Positions 24,579-35,660 of a stretch of DNA of 64,000 nucleotides are shown here, piece after piece. The notes beneath the pieces were generated by a model that worked only from the letters and a program-made list of their open reading frames with translations, did no database searches and was not told the origin of the DNA. This stretch comes from Felis catus (lineage: Eukaryota), in assembly GCF_018350175.1 (NCBI RefSeq), contig NC_058383.1, forward strand, positions 29,762,001-29,826,000, given 5' to 3'. A program made the position numbers and the translations under genes. Within the stretch, counting starts at the first letter, position 1. Every line of letters starts with the position of its first letter.

Positions 24579-25146
24579 AGTAGCTGGTAAATGTTTTTCT
24601 GTGTTGGGCCAGGCAGTAGATATTTTAGGCTCCGTAGCCCATATGGTCCCTGTAGGAGCTGGAACTACTCAGCTCAGCTCCTGTGGTATAAAAATAACCA
24701 CAGGCAGTATGTAAATGAATGGGCGTGGCAGTTTCAATAAAACTTTATGAACACTGAAATTCGAATTTCATTCTTCATGTGTCATGAAATATTCTCCTTT
24801 TGATCTTTTCCCCAGTGCTTTAAAAATATAGAAACTATTGGGGTGCGTGCGTGGCTCAGTTGTCTGGGTGTGTGACTTCAGCTCAGGTCGTGATCTCACA
24901 GTCTGTGAGTTCGAGCCCCGCATCAGGCTCTGTGCTGACAGCTCCGAGCCTGGAGCCTGCTTCGGATTCTGTGTCTCCCTCTCTCTCTGCTGTTTCCCTG
25001 CTCACACTGTGTCTCTCTCTCTCTCTCTCAAAAATAAAATAACATTAAAGAACTGTTTTTAAATTTATAGAAATGCTTCTTAGCTTGCTGGCTGTGCAAA
25101 AACAGGTGGCAGACTGTACCTTGGGTAGTGGTTTGCCGACCTCCTG
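24579..25146. mobile_element. MER58B-like hAT-Charlie, interrupted by a SINE, inside an antisense MIR
   Basis: gtaaatgaatgggcgtggc...caataaaactttatg...gtttgccgacctcctg. Confidence 0.85.
24840..25062 (+). mobile_element. Can-SINE
   Basis: Head, B box, CT tract; TATAGAAA on both flanks. Confidence 0.93.
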
Positions 25147-25261
25147 TTCTAGATACTTTCTATATGTTAACTCTTTTAATCCTCCTAACCTGAAAAAGTG
25201 ACTATTTCTGTCACTTTGACAGCGGTGTGCATAGAGAGAAAAAGTAATTGCCAATGATTGC

Positions 25262-25708
25262 TGTTAGGAGTTGAATTGTGTCCCCACCTCCCCAAATTCA
25301 TATATTCAACTCGTAACACTCAGTTACCTCTGAATGTGACTTTATTTGGATGTAGGGTTGTTGCAGATATAATTAGTGAAGATGTTATTGGGGTGGGTCC
25401 TGATCTAACATGACTGGTGTCCTCACCCAAAGGGGAGTTTTGGACCTAGGGATGCACACAGGGAGAACTCCATGTGAACATGAAGACAGAAGCGGGGCTG
25501 ATGCTCCAGTAAGCCAAGGAATGCCAAGGATTGTGGGGAATTCACTAGAGACTAGGCAAGACCCATGGAAGAGATTTCTCTTACAGTTCCCTGAAGGAGC
25601 CAGCTTGGCTTGGGTCCAGAACCTCAAAACTGTGAGCTGATAAAGGTCTGTTGTTTAATCCACTCCTTTGGTGGTACTTTTTTATGGTGGCCTCAGCAAA
25701 CTCATGCA
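25262..25708 (+). mobile_element. MaLR solo LTR (MLT1B/C-like)
   Basis: TG...CA ends; gttgaattgtgtcccc...aaattcatat...gaatgtgact. Confidence 0.88.
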
Positions 25709-25819
25709 GTTACACAGCCAAAAAGTGGCACGTCTGGGGTAGGCAGTTTGACTTCAGAGGCTGCGTGCTTAACCACTGTGCTACTCCTTCAAACCGTCAC
25801 TTTATAACAAAAATCAAAT

Positions 25820-26080
25820 CAGGTGTGGCTTTGGAATCTGACAGAACGTGGTGCAACTCCTGTCTCCAATTTCTGTAGGCTGCGTGACCTCGGGTAAATT
25901 ACCCAATCTCTGTGAGCCTTGCTTTCCTCATCTAGTCAAGTGGGAATTACCAGAGAGCCATTTTTATAAGGATTCATGGGGAGGAAGTTGGTGTATCAAT
26001 AAAAGATCATCTATAACACGAATAATTAAAAAAAAAAACCCACATGGCACACAGTAGATGCTTCAGGGCTGTTAGTTATT
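25820..26080 (+). mobile_element. MIR
   Basis: gctgcgtgacctcgggtaaattac...tggcacacagtagatgct. Confidence 0.75.
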
Positions 26081-26189
26081 TTTGTTATTTACTTACATAT
26101 CCTCAGACTGTTTTACTGCAATTTTCCAGTCTCACCAGCTGCTGTTTTGTAGCCGCTATCCAGGCAGGCTCTGTCCCCAGCACAGTACA

Positions 26190-26275
26190 GCAGGCTTGAG
26201 ACTCTGTGCCCTTGCCTATATAAGGACACTATCACCTTGGATTAGGACACACCCTAATGACGTCATCCTAACTGA
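26190..26275 (-). mobile_element. MLT1 fragment
   Basis: tataaggacact...ttggattaggacacaccctaatgac. Confidence 0.65.
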
Positions 26276-26763
26276 TGTTAGTTAGCTCCTTACTTCCAGG
26301 TGATTCCATTGGAGGAGGTCAACCAGAGGTCATGACCGAGGGTTGACCCGAGGGCTGGCCCGGGGCAATTAAGATTCCTCCCAAACTTCCTCGCCCTCTC
26401 CCCTACCACACCCCGCCCCCATCCTTGAAATAGACAAGTCTCAAGGTGGGAGCTATTTTCAAGGCCGCAGGTTTGAGGGAGTGAGGTGCTGTTTAGACCA
26501 TCTGGATATAAATGTGACTGACCCCCTTAAGCCTCCTTAGGGCCTCCATAAACTTTTAAGACACTTGCAGGCCCTGTGGAAATCTGCTTGACCTGCGGCA
26601 CCCAGGACAAGTCTCCCATGTAAGTCCCTTTGTGTACTGACTGCTATCTGCCCCCCTGGAGTGGCCTGCCTCTCTCTCTTTGCTCCCTCCCTGCCCTCTG
26701 TGCTCAGGGATGGTTTCAGATTCTCCCCCTTCCCCCCGGAGCTCCAGAGGTTTTGCACCAACA
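26276..26763 (+). mobile_element. ERV-type solo LTR (probably a carnivore ERV1 family)
   Basis: Inverted termini TGTTAG...CCAACA, GC box 26411-26420, TATAAA 26507-26512; no clear TSD or PBS. Confidence 0.65.
26316..26349. promoter_or_regulatory. Composite nuclear-receptor element DR5-IR0-DR5
   Basis: AGGTCA-ACCAG-AGGTCA-TGACCG-AGGGT-TGACCC read directly; function untested. Confidence 0.55.
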
Positions 26764-27482
26764 GATACTCTGGGGCCGTACCTACTCGAAGATTCTCACT
26801 GCTCCCCTTTCCAGGGCAATGAAAACAGCCTGTTGATTTGATCTGCTCAGTTCGTTGCTTAGTGTTGGTGATGCAGAGAGGAGGAGAGGGGGCTCAGACC
26901 GAGAATGTGCAGGCCTTCTCGGGCCGCGGCAAGGGAGGCCCATGAGGGAGGGGAGAAGCCTGAGGCTCTGGTTGCGGAGAGAACCCCAGAGTGTCCCGTA
27001 AAAGGTTTTTTTAGGGAGCACTGTTTTCCACTGCCCTGTATGTTGTTTGTGGTCAAGTTAGGGTCTTCGTCTATTCTGATTCTACTGAGGTTCCAACTGG
27101 GGTTCTTGAGACCAGATAGGAATTCATTCATTTGGGTGATGAGCGAAGTTCTGTGCTCCCATCCCCAACCATGAGTTCCTGGCTGGAATTCTATCAATGG
27201 AATATTTTCTAATTGGATGAGCAGCAGAGAGCAGAACACGGGCAGAACCAGGGCCGGGCCCCAGGCAGGTGAGTGCTGACAGGGACCCAGAGTGTAGACA
27301 GTGACAGTGGCCAAAAAAAAAAAAAAAGAGGAAACTGCTTGTGGAATTGTGGAATGATGGCCACAGACACTGGCTGTAGGAAGGACTTCAGTACCTAATT
27401 GGGGAATGTGCTAGAGAAGACGAAAAGAGACACAAAGGGAGAACAACTTTGACACACTTAGAGTTCCGATAGACCCTGGTTT

Positions 27483-28236
27483 TGATGGGGTTTTGGAGTG
27501 GCAGGGGTCTGGAGCTGATGGCCAACAAAGAATTCTTGAAGACGTGTTTGGCACAACAAAGGTGATTTTGTTAACGCACGGGGACAGGACCCGTGGGCAG
27601 ATAGAGCTGCCCTGGGGTCGTGAAGAGTGACTCCTTGTATATTGTGGAGTTGGGGGAGGTAAAGTCAAGAGGAAGTTTCTTAAACATTTTTTTTTTCAAC
27701 TTTTATTTATTTTTTTTGGGACAGAGAGAGACAGAGCATGAACGGGGAAGGGGCAGAGAGAGAGGGAGACACAGAATCGGAAACAGGCTCCAGGCTCCGA
27801 GCCATCAGCCCAGAGCCTGACGCGGGGCTCGAACCCACGGACCGCGAGATCGTGACCTGTCTGAAGTCGGACGCTTAACCGACTGCGCCACCCAGGCGCC
27901 CCAAGAGGAAGTTTCTTAAAGGGATTTCCATGTGCTAAAAACTCAGATTATTGGAGGCCTAGTTGTTGTCAAGCTAAGGTTGTTTTTCCCTCTAGCAAAG
28001 CATTAGCGGTAAGACAATAGGAAGTTCCTGGAGATGAGGCTGTTGATAAGCTTGCCTTTTTCTTATAATTTACTAAGATATTTGTAAACTGAGGGGGACC
28101 ATCAGTTCCACCTTTTGTTTTCTGGCCTTTCCTTTTCTCTGGGCAGCCAGGAGTGTCTGAGGAAGGTCACACAGATCCCACCTGTTAGGGAGGGGTGGTT
28201 TGTCGGGTGTCCAGTTTGCCTTCTGCTCCCTTATCA
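27483..28236 (-). mobile_element. ERV-type solo LTR interrupted by a young SINE
   Basis: Termini TGAT...ATCA; flanks GTTTT / GTTTC; degenerate poly(A) signal (AACAAA) on the minus strand near 27570. Confidence 0.75.
27685..27902 (-). mobile_element. Very young SINEC_Fc-type Can-SINE
   Basis: CpG-rich; perfect 18-bp TSD AAGAGGAAGTTTCTTAAA at 27667-27684 and 27903-27920. Confidence 0.98.
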
Positions 28237-28259
28237 GTTTCAGTCCCACTGCTGTCTCT

Positions 28260-28470
28260 TTGCAGCTGTGTGGTCTGGAGGAAGTTACTTAGCCTCTCTG
28301 AGCCTTACTGTTCTCATCTTGAAAATGGAATTAGTAATAGCTACCTTGCAGAGTTCTCGCCAGGGTTAAATAAAAATAGAGGAATGATGACAACACTACA
28401 GATCTGTCAGGGTTGTGAAAAGCCTAGCGGGACACCTGGTTCAATAGATAGGTGCTCACTAAATGCGGGT
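28260..28470 (+). mobile_element. MIR
   Basis: gctgtgtgg...aagttacttagcctctctgagcct core. Confidence 0.8.
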
Positions 28471-29439
28471 GAGGAGTGCATTTGGTGCTCTGCCCAGATC
28501 CACTTGGTTCCCGTTTTTGTGGGATCCCCTGACTTTGGTTAGCTTCCACTTAAAGCAGCTCTCTTTCGGAGAGACCCAGGCTCTGGGGTTAAGGAGCTGA
28601 AAAGGGAAATGCCTGGAGATGTGTGTCCCCACGGAGCAGCCTCAACCAAAGAGTCGAAGGCTTGGTCTACCTGCCATTGCTTAGGACAACTCTGAGGTGG
28701 GACTTGAACTTCTGGGTTCCACTGTGGCATCAGACTTGAGCCCCGTTGGAGGGGTTCTGCCTGCTTTGCTTGACTGCCTTTTAGCTGTGCTGTCCTCTCT
28801 CACTGGTTTCTCCGGAGCGTCATTTTAACGGATCCCTTGCACATGAACCCTGCGTCTGGGGAACTCAATTTAAGAACCACAACCCTTTTCATGTTATATG
28901 CCACTCTGAGTTCGGAGCCTCTGGAAATAGACAAATGAACAAACAAGAACATCACCCTGTAGTCCTTTTTGCAGAGGAAAATGAAGGACAAATGAGCTAT
29001 GGCTGAGATCTCTGAGCAGAAGACAAAGGAGATGTCCAAATAGAAATCATTTGGGGGAGAGAAGAGACCGAGGTTCTATCTGGCTTATAGAACTTAAGCC
29101 AGAAGACTGAGGTGGGAGTTTTCATTCCAAGGTTTTTGGCGCTCCAAGGAGGGAGCCCTGGAGAAAGAGGGTTATTTTGACTTGATCTATGAAGAAGGTA
29201 GGCTGTATGTCACATTTTCTTTTTGCATATGACACCTTTTATTCTTGGGTGTCTGTTAGAGTTAGCGATTAAGGCGGTGGTTACAGTTAGAGAGATTTTC
29301 TATGAGAAAGGAGAATCGGAATCACCATGTATTTATGTGCTATCTACATGACTGGTTTATTTTTCCCCTCGTCTCACATGGGGATACTTACTGAATAAAC
29401 ATTTATAAGCAAATAAGCACAAAACAGCCAGGTAACGTT

Positions 29440-29775
29440 TTCTGTAGCTCCAACTGCCTTTATACACCTTCATCAAAAATCAATTGACTATATATGTGTG
29501 GATCTCTTTCTGAACTCTATTTTCTGCTTTGTTGATCAATGTATTTACCCTTTTGTCAATACGATTTGCTGGCCAGGACCCCTAGTGCAACGCTAACTAG
29601 GATTGATACCCTTGCCTTGTTTCTGATTCCAGGCAAAAGTGTTGACACTTTAACCACTGAGCGTGGTAATACCTGTAGCTTTTTGTAAATGTCCCTTATC
29701 AGTGTGAGGAGAATACCTTTAATTCCTATCTTGTTGAGAGATTTTATGCATGGACACTGAAGTTTTAGACTGCTT
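29440..29775 (-). mobile_element. Old L1M ORF2 fragments
   Basis: tcaaaaatcaattgactatatatgtgtggatct...cccttgccttgtttctgat. Confidence 0.7.
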
Positions 29776-29789
29776 TTTCGGAGTCCTAG

Positions 29790-29968
29790 CCTCGTGTGCT
29801 ACATATATTTAAATATAAATAGATTCAATGCTTGCATAAAATTAAAGTTGTATCTCCTCAGTTATGCTAGTCCTATCTCAAGGGCTCCAGAACCACATGT
29901 GGCTCATGGCTACCATATTGGACAGAGCAGATATTTCTACCATAGCCAAAAGTTCTGTTGGACAGCAT
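29790..29968. mobile_element. MER3/MER33-like hAT-Charlie fragment
   Basis: ccacatgtggctcatggctaccatattggacag...aaagttctgttggacagc. Confidence 0.8.
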
Positions 29969-29976
29969 ACTTGTGG

Positions 29977-30220
29977 TTTTCTTTTTTCTTTTTTCTTTTT
30001 TCTTTTTTCTTTTTTCTTTTTTCTTTTTTCTTTTTTCTTTTTTCTTTTTTCTTTTTTCTTTTTTCTTTTTTCTTTTTTTTTCTTTTTTCTTTCTCTTCTC
30101 TTCTCTTCTCTTCTCTTCTCTTCTCTTTTCTTTTTTTTTCTTTTCTTCCCCTTCCCCTTCCCCTTCCCCTTCCCCTGTCTCTCTTCTTTTCTTCCTTTTC
30201 ACCTTCCTTCCTTTCTTCTT
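29977..30220. repeat. Compound pyrimidine microsatellite (TTTTTTC)n-(CTTCT)n-(CCCCTT)n
   Basis: Direct read. Confidence 0.97.
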
Positions 30221-30386
30221 GTAATTTCTTTGCTTGGTTTGTTGTTATAATGCCTGCCTGAGGAATGAACTGAAAAGTCTTTCCTTCTTTCCTATTTTCT
30301 GAAAGGATCTCTGTAAACCTGTATGTAGAAGAATATGGGCTATCTTGGGGAGTGTGCCCCGTGCATTTGCAAAATCCGTGCAGGCT

Positions 30387-30551
30387 GGGATGCCTGGGTG
30401 GCTCACTCTGTTAAGCCTCTGACTCTTGATTTTGGCTCGGGTCATGTTCTCGAGGTTTGTGAGTTTGAGCTCCACGGTGGAGCCTGCTTGGGGCTGTCTT
30501 TCTCTCCCTCTCTCTCTGCCCCTTCTCTGCTTGTGTGCTCTCTCTCAAAAT

Positions 30552-30583
<32 letters not shown>
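30387..30583 (+). mobile_element. Can-SINE
   Basis: Head, CT tract, long A tail. Confidence 0.93.
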
Positions 30584-30589
30584 GAAAGA

Positions 30590-31500
30590 CAAATAGACGC
30601 ATTCTGTTGTTGGGTGGGGTGATTTACAAGTGTCTGTTAGGTTAGGTTGGTCGATAACGTTGTTCAAGCCTCCCATCCCTGCTTGTTTTCTTTCCCACCT
30701 GTCCTATCCAGTAGTGCTGACCAGAGTGCTGGTCTCCACCTGTATTTGTGCATTCATCTATTTCAGTTTGACCCCTTTTTCCTTCATATATTTTGAAAAA
30801 CTCTTTGGTTCTGTATATAGATGTTTAGGAGTATTGTCTTATTGGTAACCTGATCCCTGCATTGTTAGGCAATGCAACTTTTCTTACCCCTTTCCACCCC
30901 CCCCTTCCCCCCTTCCCCCACCAGGGCTGTGTAGGGTCTCATCTGTGCCCTGGGTTTGCTGCCCTGCTCCCTCCTCCCTCCTCCTGACTTTCAGTTCTGT
31001 TGGGGAAGCAGTTCTCTGGAAGAGAACTTCTGCATTTACCTCCCCCCCCCCCCCCCAGCACAGTTCTGGGACTGAACCATTGAGGACAGCTGTTAGTCTC
31101 ATTGCACCTGGCTTCTGATCTTTGTCCCAAGCCCCCACTGGAGGTGTACAGAGGAGCGCCCGTGAATGGTCCAGGCTTCCCTGTCTGTGACTCTGACGGG
31201 CTCCATAATCTCCCGCTAGTGCACACGTGGCCTTTAGCAATATGTTACCAATTTTGGCCGAATCCTTCTTACCCATGTGTATGGTCCCCACTGTCCCCTC
31301 ATGTCGTGCTCTGCCCCAGATGATCCTTGGAGGAGCCTGTCCTTCCCTGGGGCTCAGGCCACTTGGTCTCGCTGTTACCTGGAATTTTGGTCAGGCTTAA
31401 GGAAAGTTACGATTTTGAAGTTTGTCTGCCTTTTTCTTGCTCTTAAGGTGGGCATGATGCCCCTTCCAGCTCTCTCTAGCCTGGGTGGAAGAGAAACTCT
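30590..31500 (-). mobile_element. Old L1M: EN-region fragment plus 5' UTR
   Basis: attctgttgttgggtgg...gttgttcaag (ORF2) and ttttgaagtttgtctgcctttttcttgc...ccagctct (L1MC/D-type 5' end). Confidence 0.55.
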
Positions 31501-31777
31501 ACATGATTGATGACTTAATAGCTTTTTTGGTTCTAAGAGTGCTTTGGCAAATTCCCAGTATAAAAGAGGTCGTTTCCGTATTGGATGAAAAGTATACTTT
31601 AATTAAAAAAGGAAAGGATTTTAGTTTGGCTAATGCTGAGATGTATCAGTTAGGGTTCTTCAAGGATGCATAGTTTCAAAACAGTATCTTGCAAGCCAGG
31701 TTTTAACCCAGAGGAAAAAATTTTAGAGTTAATTTAATAAGCCACTGGAAAGCAGGTTTCTTCAGAAAGTGCTGAGA

Positions 31778-31898
31778 GGGGCGCCTGGGTGGCTCAACCG
31801 GTTAAGCGTCTGACTCGTGGTTTCTGCTCAGATCATGATCTCACAGTTCTTGGGTTCAAGCCCCACATCAGTCTCTGCAATGAGTGTGGAGCCTGCTT

Positions 31899-31943
<45 letters not shown>

Positions 31944-32042
31944 TCCCCCCCCCCCCCCCCCCCCCGCCACCTCTCTCCTGCTCACTGTCTCTTTCTCTCA
32001 AAAATAATGAAGAAAATTAACATTTTTAAAAAATTAAAAAAA
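31778..32042 (+). mobile_element. Can-SINE with internal (GT)21 and C21
   Basis: TSD AAAGTGYTGAGA at 31766-31777 and 32043-32054. Confidence 0.93.
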
Positions 32043-32622
32043 AAAGTGTTGAGAAATCTTTCCCTGGCACGGTATAATTTGTTTCACTGTAATTTTGCCA
32101 TGATTCCATAGCCCTAGCAAAAGGTATTGTCCTAGGACGTGGTATCTGTCTATCCTTTGCCTTGGCAAATCCTCAGGTATAATTTTTTTTTTTTTTTAAC
32201 GGCGCACACTCCCTTTCAATAATTAAACCTCATGTTCAGAGGGTGGTAAAGGCATAGAGATCACAGGGAAAGAGCATTAACACTCAGGCAAGGCTCAGAA
32301 AGGCTGAGGACTAGGAGTTTCAGAGAAGAGTATGTTGCTTAATAAGGATAAAAAAGAAGCTTTTACTTTATCCAGAGTTGTTAAGTAGAGTCGGGAGACA
32401 TGGAGTGAAGACAGTGCTTCTAGGAAAGGGTTTCTATTTCAGAGACTTCACACCCACCCAGGTCTCGGTGACAGCCCTGGTGCCCTTGATTCATTAATTT
32501 AGTTTTTTTAAGGAATGCTGGCCCGGGGACAGTCCAGCAGGGTATACTGGGTGTCTCTGGGGACACCAGTCGCTTCGCAGACTGTGTCCCTGCACTGGTG
32601 CTGGGTTAGACCAATGTGGATT

Positions 32623-32852
32623 TTATTTGTTTATATTTTTATTTAAAAATTAAAAAAATTTATTTTTGAAAGAGAGAAAGAGTGCAAGTGGCGGAGGAGA
32701 GAGACAGAGAGACATAATGAGAATCTGAAGCAGGCTCCAGGCTCTGAGCTGTCAGCACAGAGCCCGACTCGGGTCCCTCAAACCCAAGAACCGTGAGATC
32801 CTGAGCTGAACAGAAGTCAGATGCTCAGCCGGCTGAGCCACCCAGGCACCCC
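32623..32852 (-). mobile_element. Can-SINE inserted in a MIR (about 32590-33050)
   Basis: TSD GACCAAYGTGGRTT at 32609-32622 and 32853-32866. Confidence 0.93.
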
Positions 32853-33664
32853 GACCAACGTGGGTTCTAATGCTAGTTTTTCTCCTGCGTGACCTTGGGC
32901 AAGTCACTTAGCCTCTCTGACCGTCCGTTTACTCCCCAGGGACCTGGAGCCAATAATTCTTACGTCTCACCATTATTTGGTAGATGAAGTGATCAGATCT
33001 AGAAAACATCTGACACGAGGCAAGACCGTAAGCACCCAGGAAGTGTGAGTTCACTCCCCCTTACCCACTTCTGCGGAGCTTTGCAATCAAGGGGACAGGA
33101 AGTCAGCAGTCTGCCCAACCCTGTCCCCTAGGATGTTGATTTTATGAAAATATGCAATTTTACACCTGCAATTTTAGGAGCCTGGCGGTATTTTTGTTGA
33201 ATGGCTGAATTTTGCCTGGTGCCTTAAGGTGATTTCACTGTCGGGGGTGTGAGTTTATAAAAGCTTAATACTCATTTCTGTTTTGCAGCTTGGAGGTTGG
33301 GGGAGTTCTCCCCTTGACTCGTCTCTCTCCCTCCGTGAGCTGGTTTAACTGGGGCCAGGGATTCCCCTGGGCTTGGGACGTCTGTGCTGACCGTTTACTA
33401 AATTAGCAAAGGTTGTCTGACTCACGCCAACCTAGGTCTGAACCACGGCTTTGCCAGTTTCTAGCTGTAGGATCCTAAGCAAAGTCCTTTTTGGAAGTCT
33501 CAACTTTCTTGGCAACTAAGCAGAAGAGGGTTGCAATACCTACTTCATAAAAGTGTGATATTCAATTAGATCATGCACTGAGAAATGTTTATATAAACAA
33601 TTTATTGAATACTTACTATGTACTGGCTCTGGACTAAGCACCTTATTATAGATTGTATAGTTTA

Positions 33665-33898
33665 TTTTTTATTTAAAAACAATTTTTTTTACACTTATTC
33701 ACTTATTCACATTTGAGAGACAGAGACAGAGCACAAGTGGGAGAGGGGCAGAGAGAGAGGGAGGCACAGAATCCGAAGCAGGCTCCAGGCTCCAAGCTAT
33801 GAGCACAGAACCCAAAGTGGGGCTTGAACTCCCCAACTGTGAGATCATGACCTGAGCCGAAGTCAGAGGCTTAACCGACTGAGCCACCCAGGTGCCCC
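33665..33898 (-). mobile_element. Can-SINE inserted in an antisense MIR
   Basis: Perfect TSD TAGATTGTATAGTTTA at 33649-33664 and 33899-33914. Confidence 0.96.
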
Positions 33899-34301
33899 TA
33901 GATTGTATAGTTTAATGACTCCGTAAGAGAGATGCTATTATTATTTCCATCTTACTGAAGAGGAGGGTGGGCTATGGAGAAGTAAGTAACTTGGCGTAGC
34001 CAGGATGTGTGGTGAGGGGATGTGGGTCCTGCTCCTCATCTTGTGACTAGACTCCCTTCTAATCCCTTTAGTTTCTGCTTCTTCCCAGGCAAGTGGAATT
34101 TAGAAATAATTTTGGGTATTTGGTGACATACTGGTAGTTTGAACGCCTAATATTGCCTTCTGAGAATGTTTTGGGGGCTTTTCAGCTACTCTTAAAGTGG
34201 TGAGAGCAGCAAAAGGTATTTTGGGGGATAGCCTCCCCAGATGGTCACACTCAATGCCCTGATGTCCTAGGCAATTTTTTTTTTAAATTTATTTATTTTG
34301 A

Positions 34302-34512
34302 AAAGCACCTGGGTGGCTCAGTTGGTTACACATCCGACTTTGGCTCAGGTCATGATCTCACAGTTCATGAGTTTGAGCCCTGCATTGGGCTCTGTGCTGA
34401 TGGCTCAAAGCCTGGAGCCTACTTCAGAGTCTGTGTCTCCCTCTCTATCTCTGCCCCTCCCCTGCTGATGCTCTGTCTCTCTTTCTCTCTCAAAAATAAA
34501 CATTAAAAAAAA
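34302..34512 (+). mobile_element. Can-SINE inserted in the tail of an antisense SINE
   Basis: Duplication TTTAAATTTATTTATTTTGA at 34282-34301 and 34513-34532. Confidence 0.92.
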
Positions 34513-34539
34513 TTTAAATTTATTTATTTTGAGAGAGAG

Positions 34540-34577
<38 letters not shown>

Positions 34578-34736
34578 CGAGCAGAAGGGGCTGAGGGAGA
34601 GAGAGAGAATCCCAAGCAGGCTCCATACTGTCAGCTCAGAGCCTGCCACTGGGCTTGAACTCACAAACTGTGAGATCATGACCTGAGTGGAAACCAACAG
34701 TTGGATGCTTCATCAACTGAGCCACCCAGGCGCCCC
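34513..34736 (-). mobile_element. Can-SINE (tail remnant at 34275-34301)
   Basis: Antisense body with (GA)n tract and GGGGCGCCTGG head. Confidence 0.95.
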
Positions 34737-35552
34737 TCTTAAGGGATCTGAGATCTTAGGTTTGTAAGTCCTACTCATGCATGGGGCAAGGACTCTGGGA
34801 GATGGGCAGACTGAGAGCAGAGGCAATAGTCCATGATTCCCACAGACCAGAGGAAAGATGGATTTTTCAGGGGAGCAGAATGACCAGAAGGAACTCTGAG
34901 GCCTTACCTCTTTGAGATCATGTCTGAAGTTCATTCTTTAGATCCAGCTTGTCAGTGGAGGGGGGCACCCTAGATGGGAAAATGACACTGTGTGCTGAAT
35001 CAGAAGCGTCCGCCCTGGGTGTACTGTTGAACAAGAAGAGATGCCATTTTGTCCTAATTTTTCTTCATTTTCCATCAGGTTCTAATTAGCACACAGCTGG
35101 GACTACAAAGAGCAGTGGACAACGATTCCTTCCACCTCCGAAACACTGTCTGCTGGAGAAGGTACCTTGGGAGGGGTTCATCTGCAAGGGACTGATTCCA
35201 GGAGTTGTATCTAGAAATGTAATCTATAAGCGTATTTTTGACACTCTTTAGATTTTTATCAAAAACTGCGTTAATGAAGAGGAGTACTTAGACTCAACAT
35301 GTTAGCCATTGAATAGTACCATGGTACTGATCCATAGTACCTGGTCCAACAATCAGGGAGGTAACTTTTTCTTTTCCCCAGATAGAATCATGCATAGTCT
35401 TTCTTGAGTCTCCTTTTGACTTACGTAATCTACATTACACAGCTGGGTTAGTGATGCAGACATAACATGAGAATATTCTCTATGTGAAATTCTTTTCTTT
35501 ATTAAAAAAAATCAAGGTGATGACTTCAGCCTTAAGAATCTTAAGTACTTAA

Positions 35553-35660
35553 GGGGCACCTGGGTGGCTCAGTTGGTAGAGCGTGTGACTTTTGATCTCA
35601 AAGTTGTAGGTTCGAGCACCATATTCGGTGCAGAGATTACTTAAAAATAAAAAAATACTA
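35553..35660 (+). mobile_element. Short old Can-SINE
   Basis: tRNA-like A/B boxes followed by agagattacttaaaaataaaa tail. Confidence 0.88.

Noticed and set aside
26764..27482. Proviral internal region between the two LTRs
   Set aside because: No TGG primer-binding site after 26763, no gag/pol similarity, and the two LTRs are unrelated and oppositely oriented.
29794..30261. Phe/Ser-rich and Lys/Arg-rich ORFs up to 155 aa
   Set aside because: Stop-free simple repeat plus a MER3-like fragment.
33270..33290. Splice-acceptor-like tract (also near 35365-35380)
   Set aside because: No paired donor or coding signal found; such tracts are common by chance.
35553..35660. tRNA gene (also 7760-7866)
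   Set aside because: A/B boxes are present, but the SINE head and A-rich tail mark a tRNA-derived short SINE, and no clean cloverleaf is evident.
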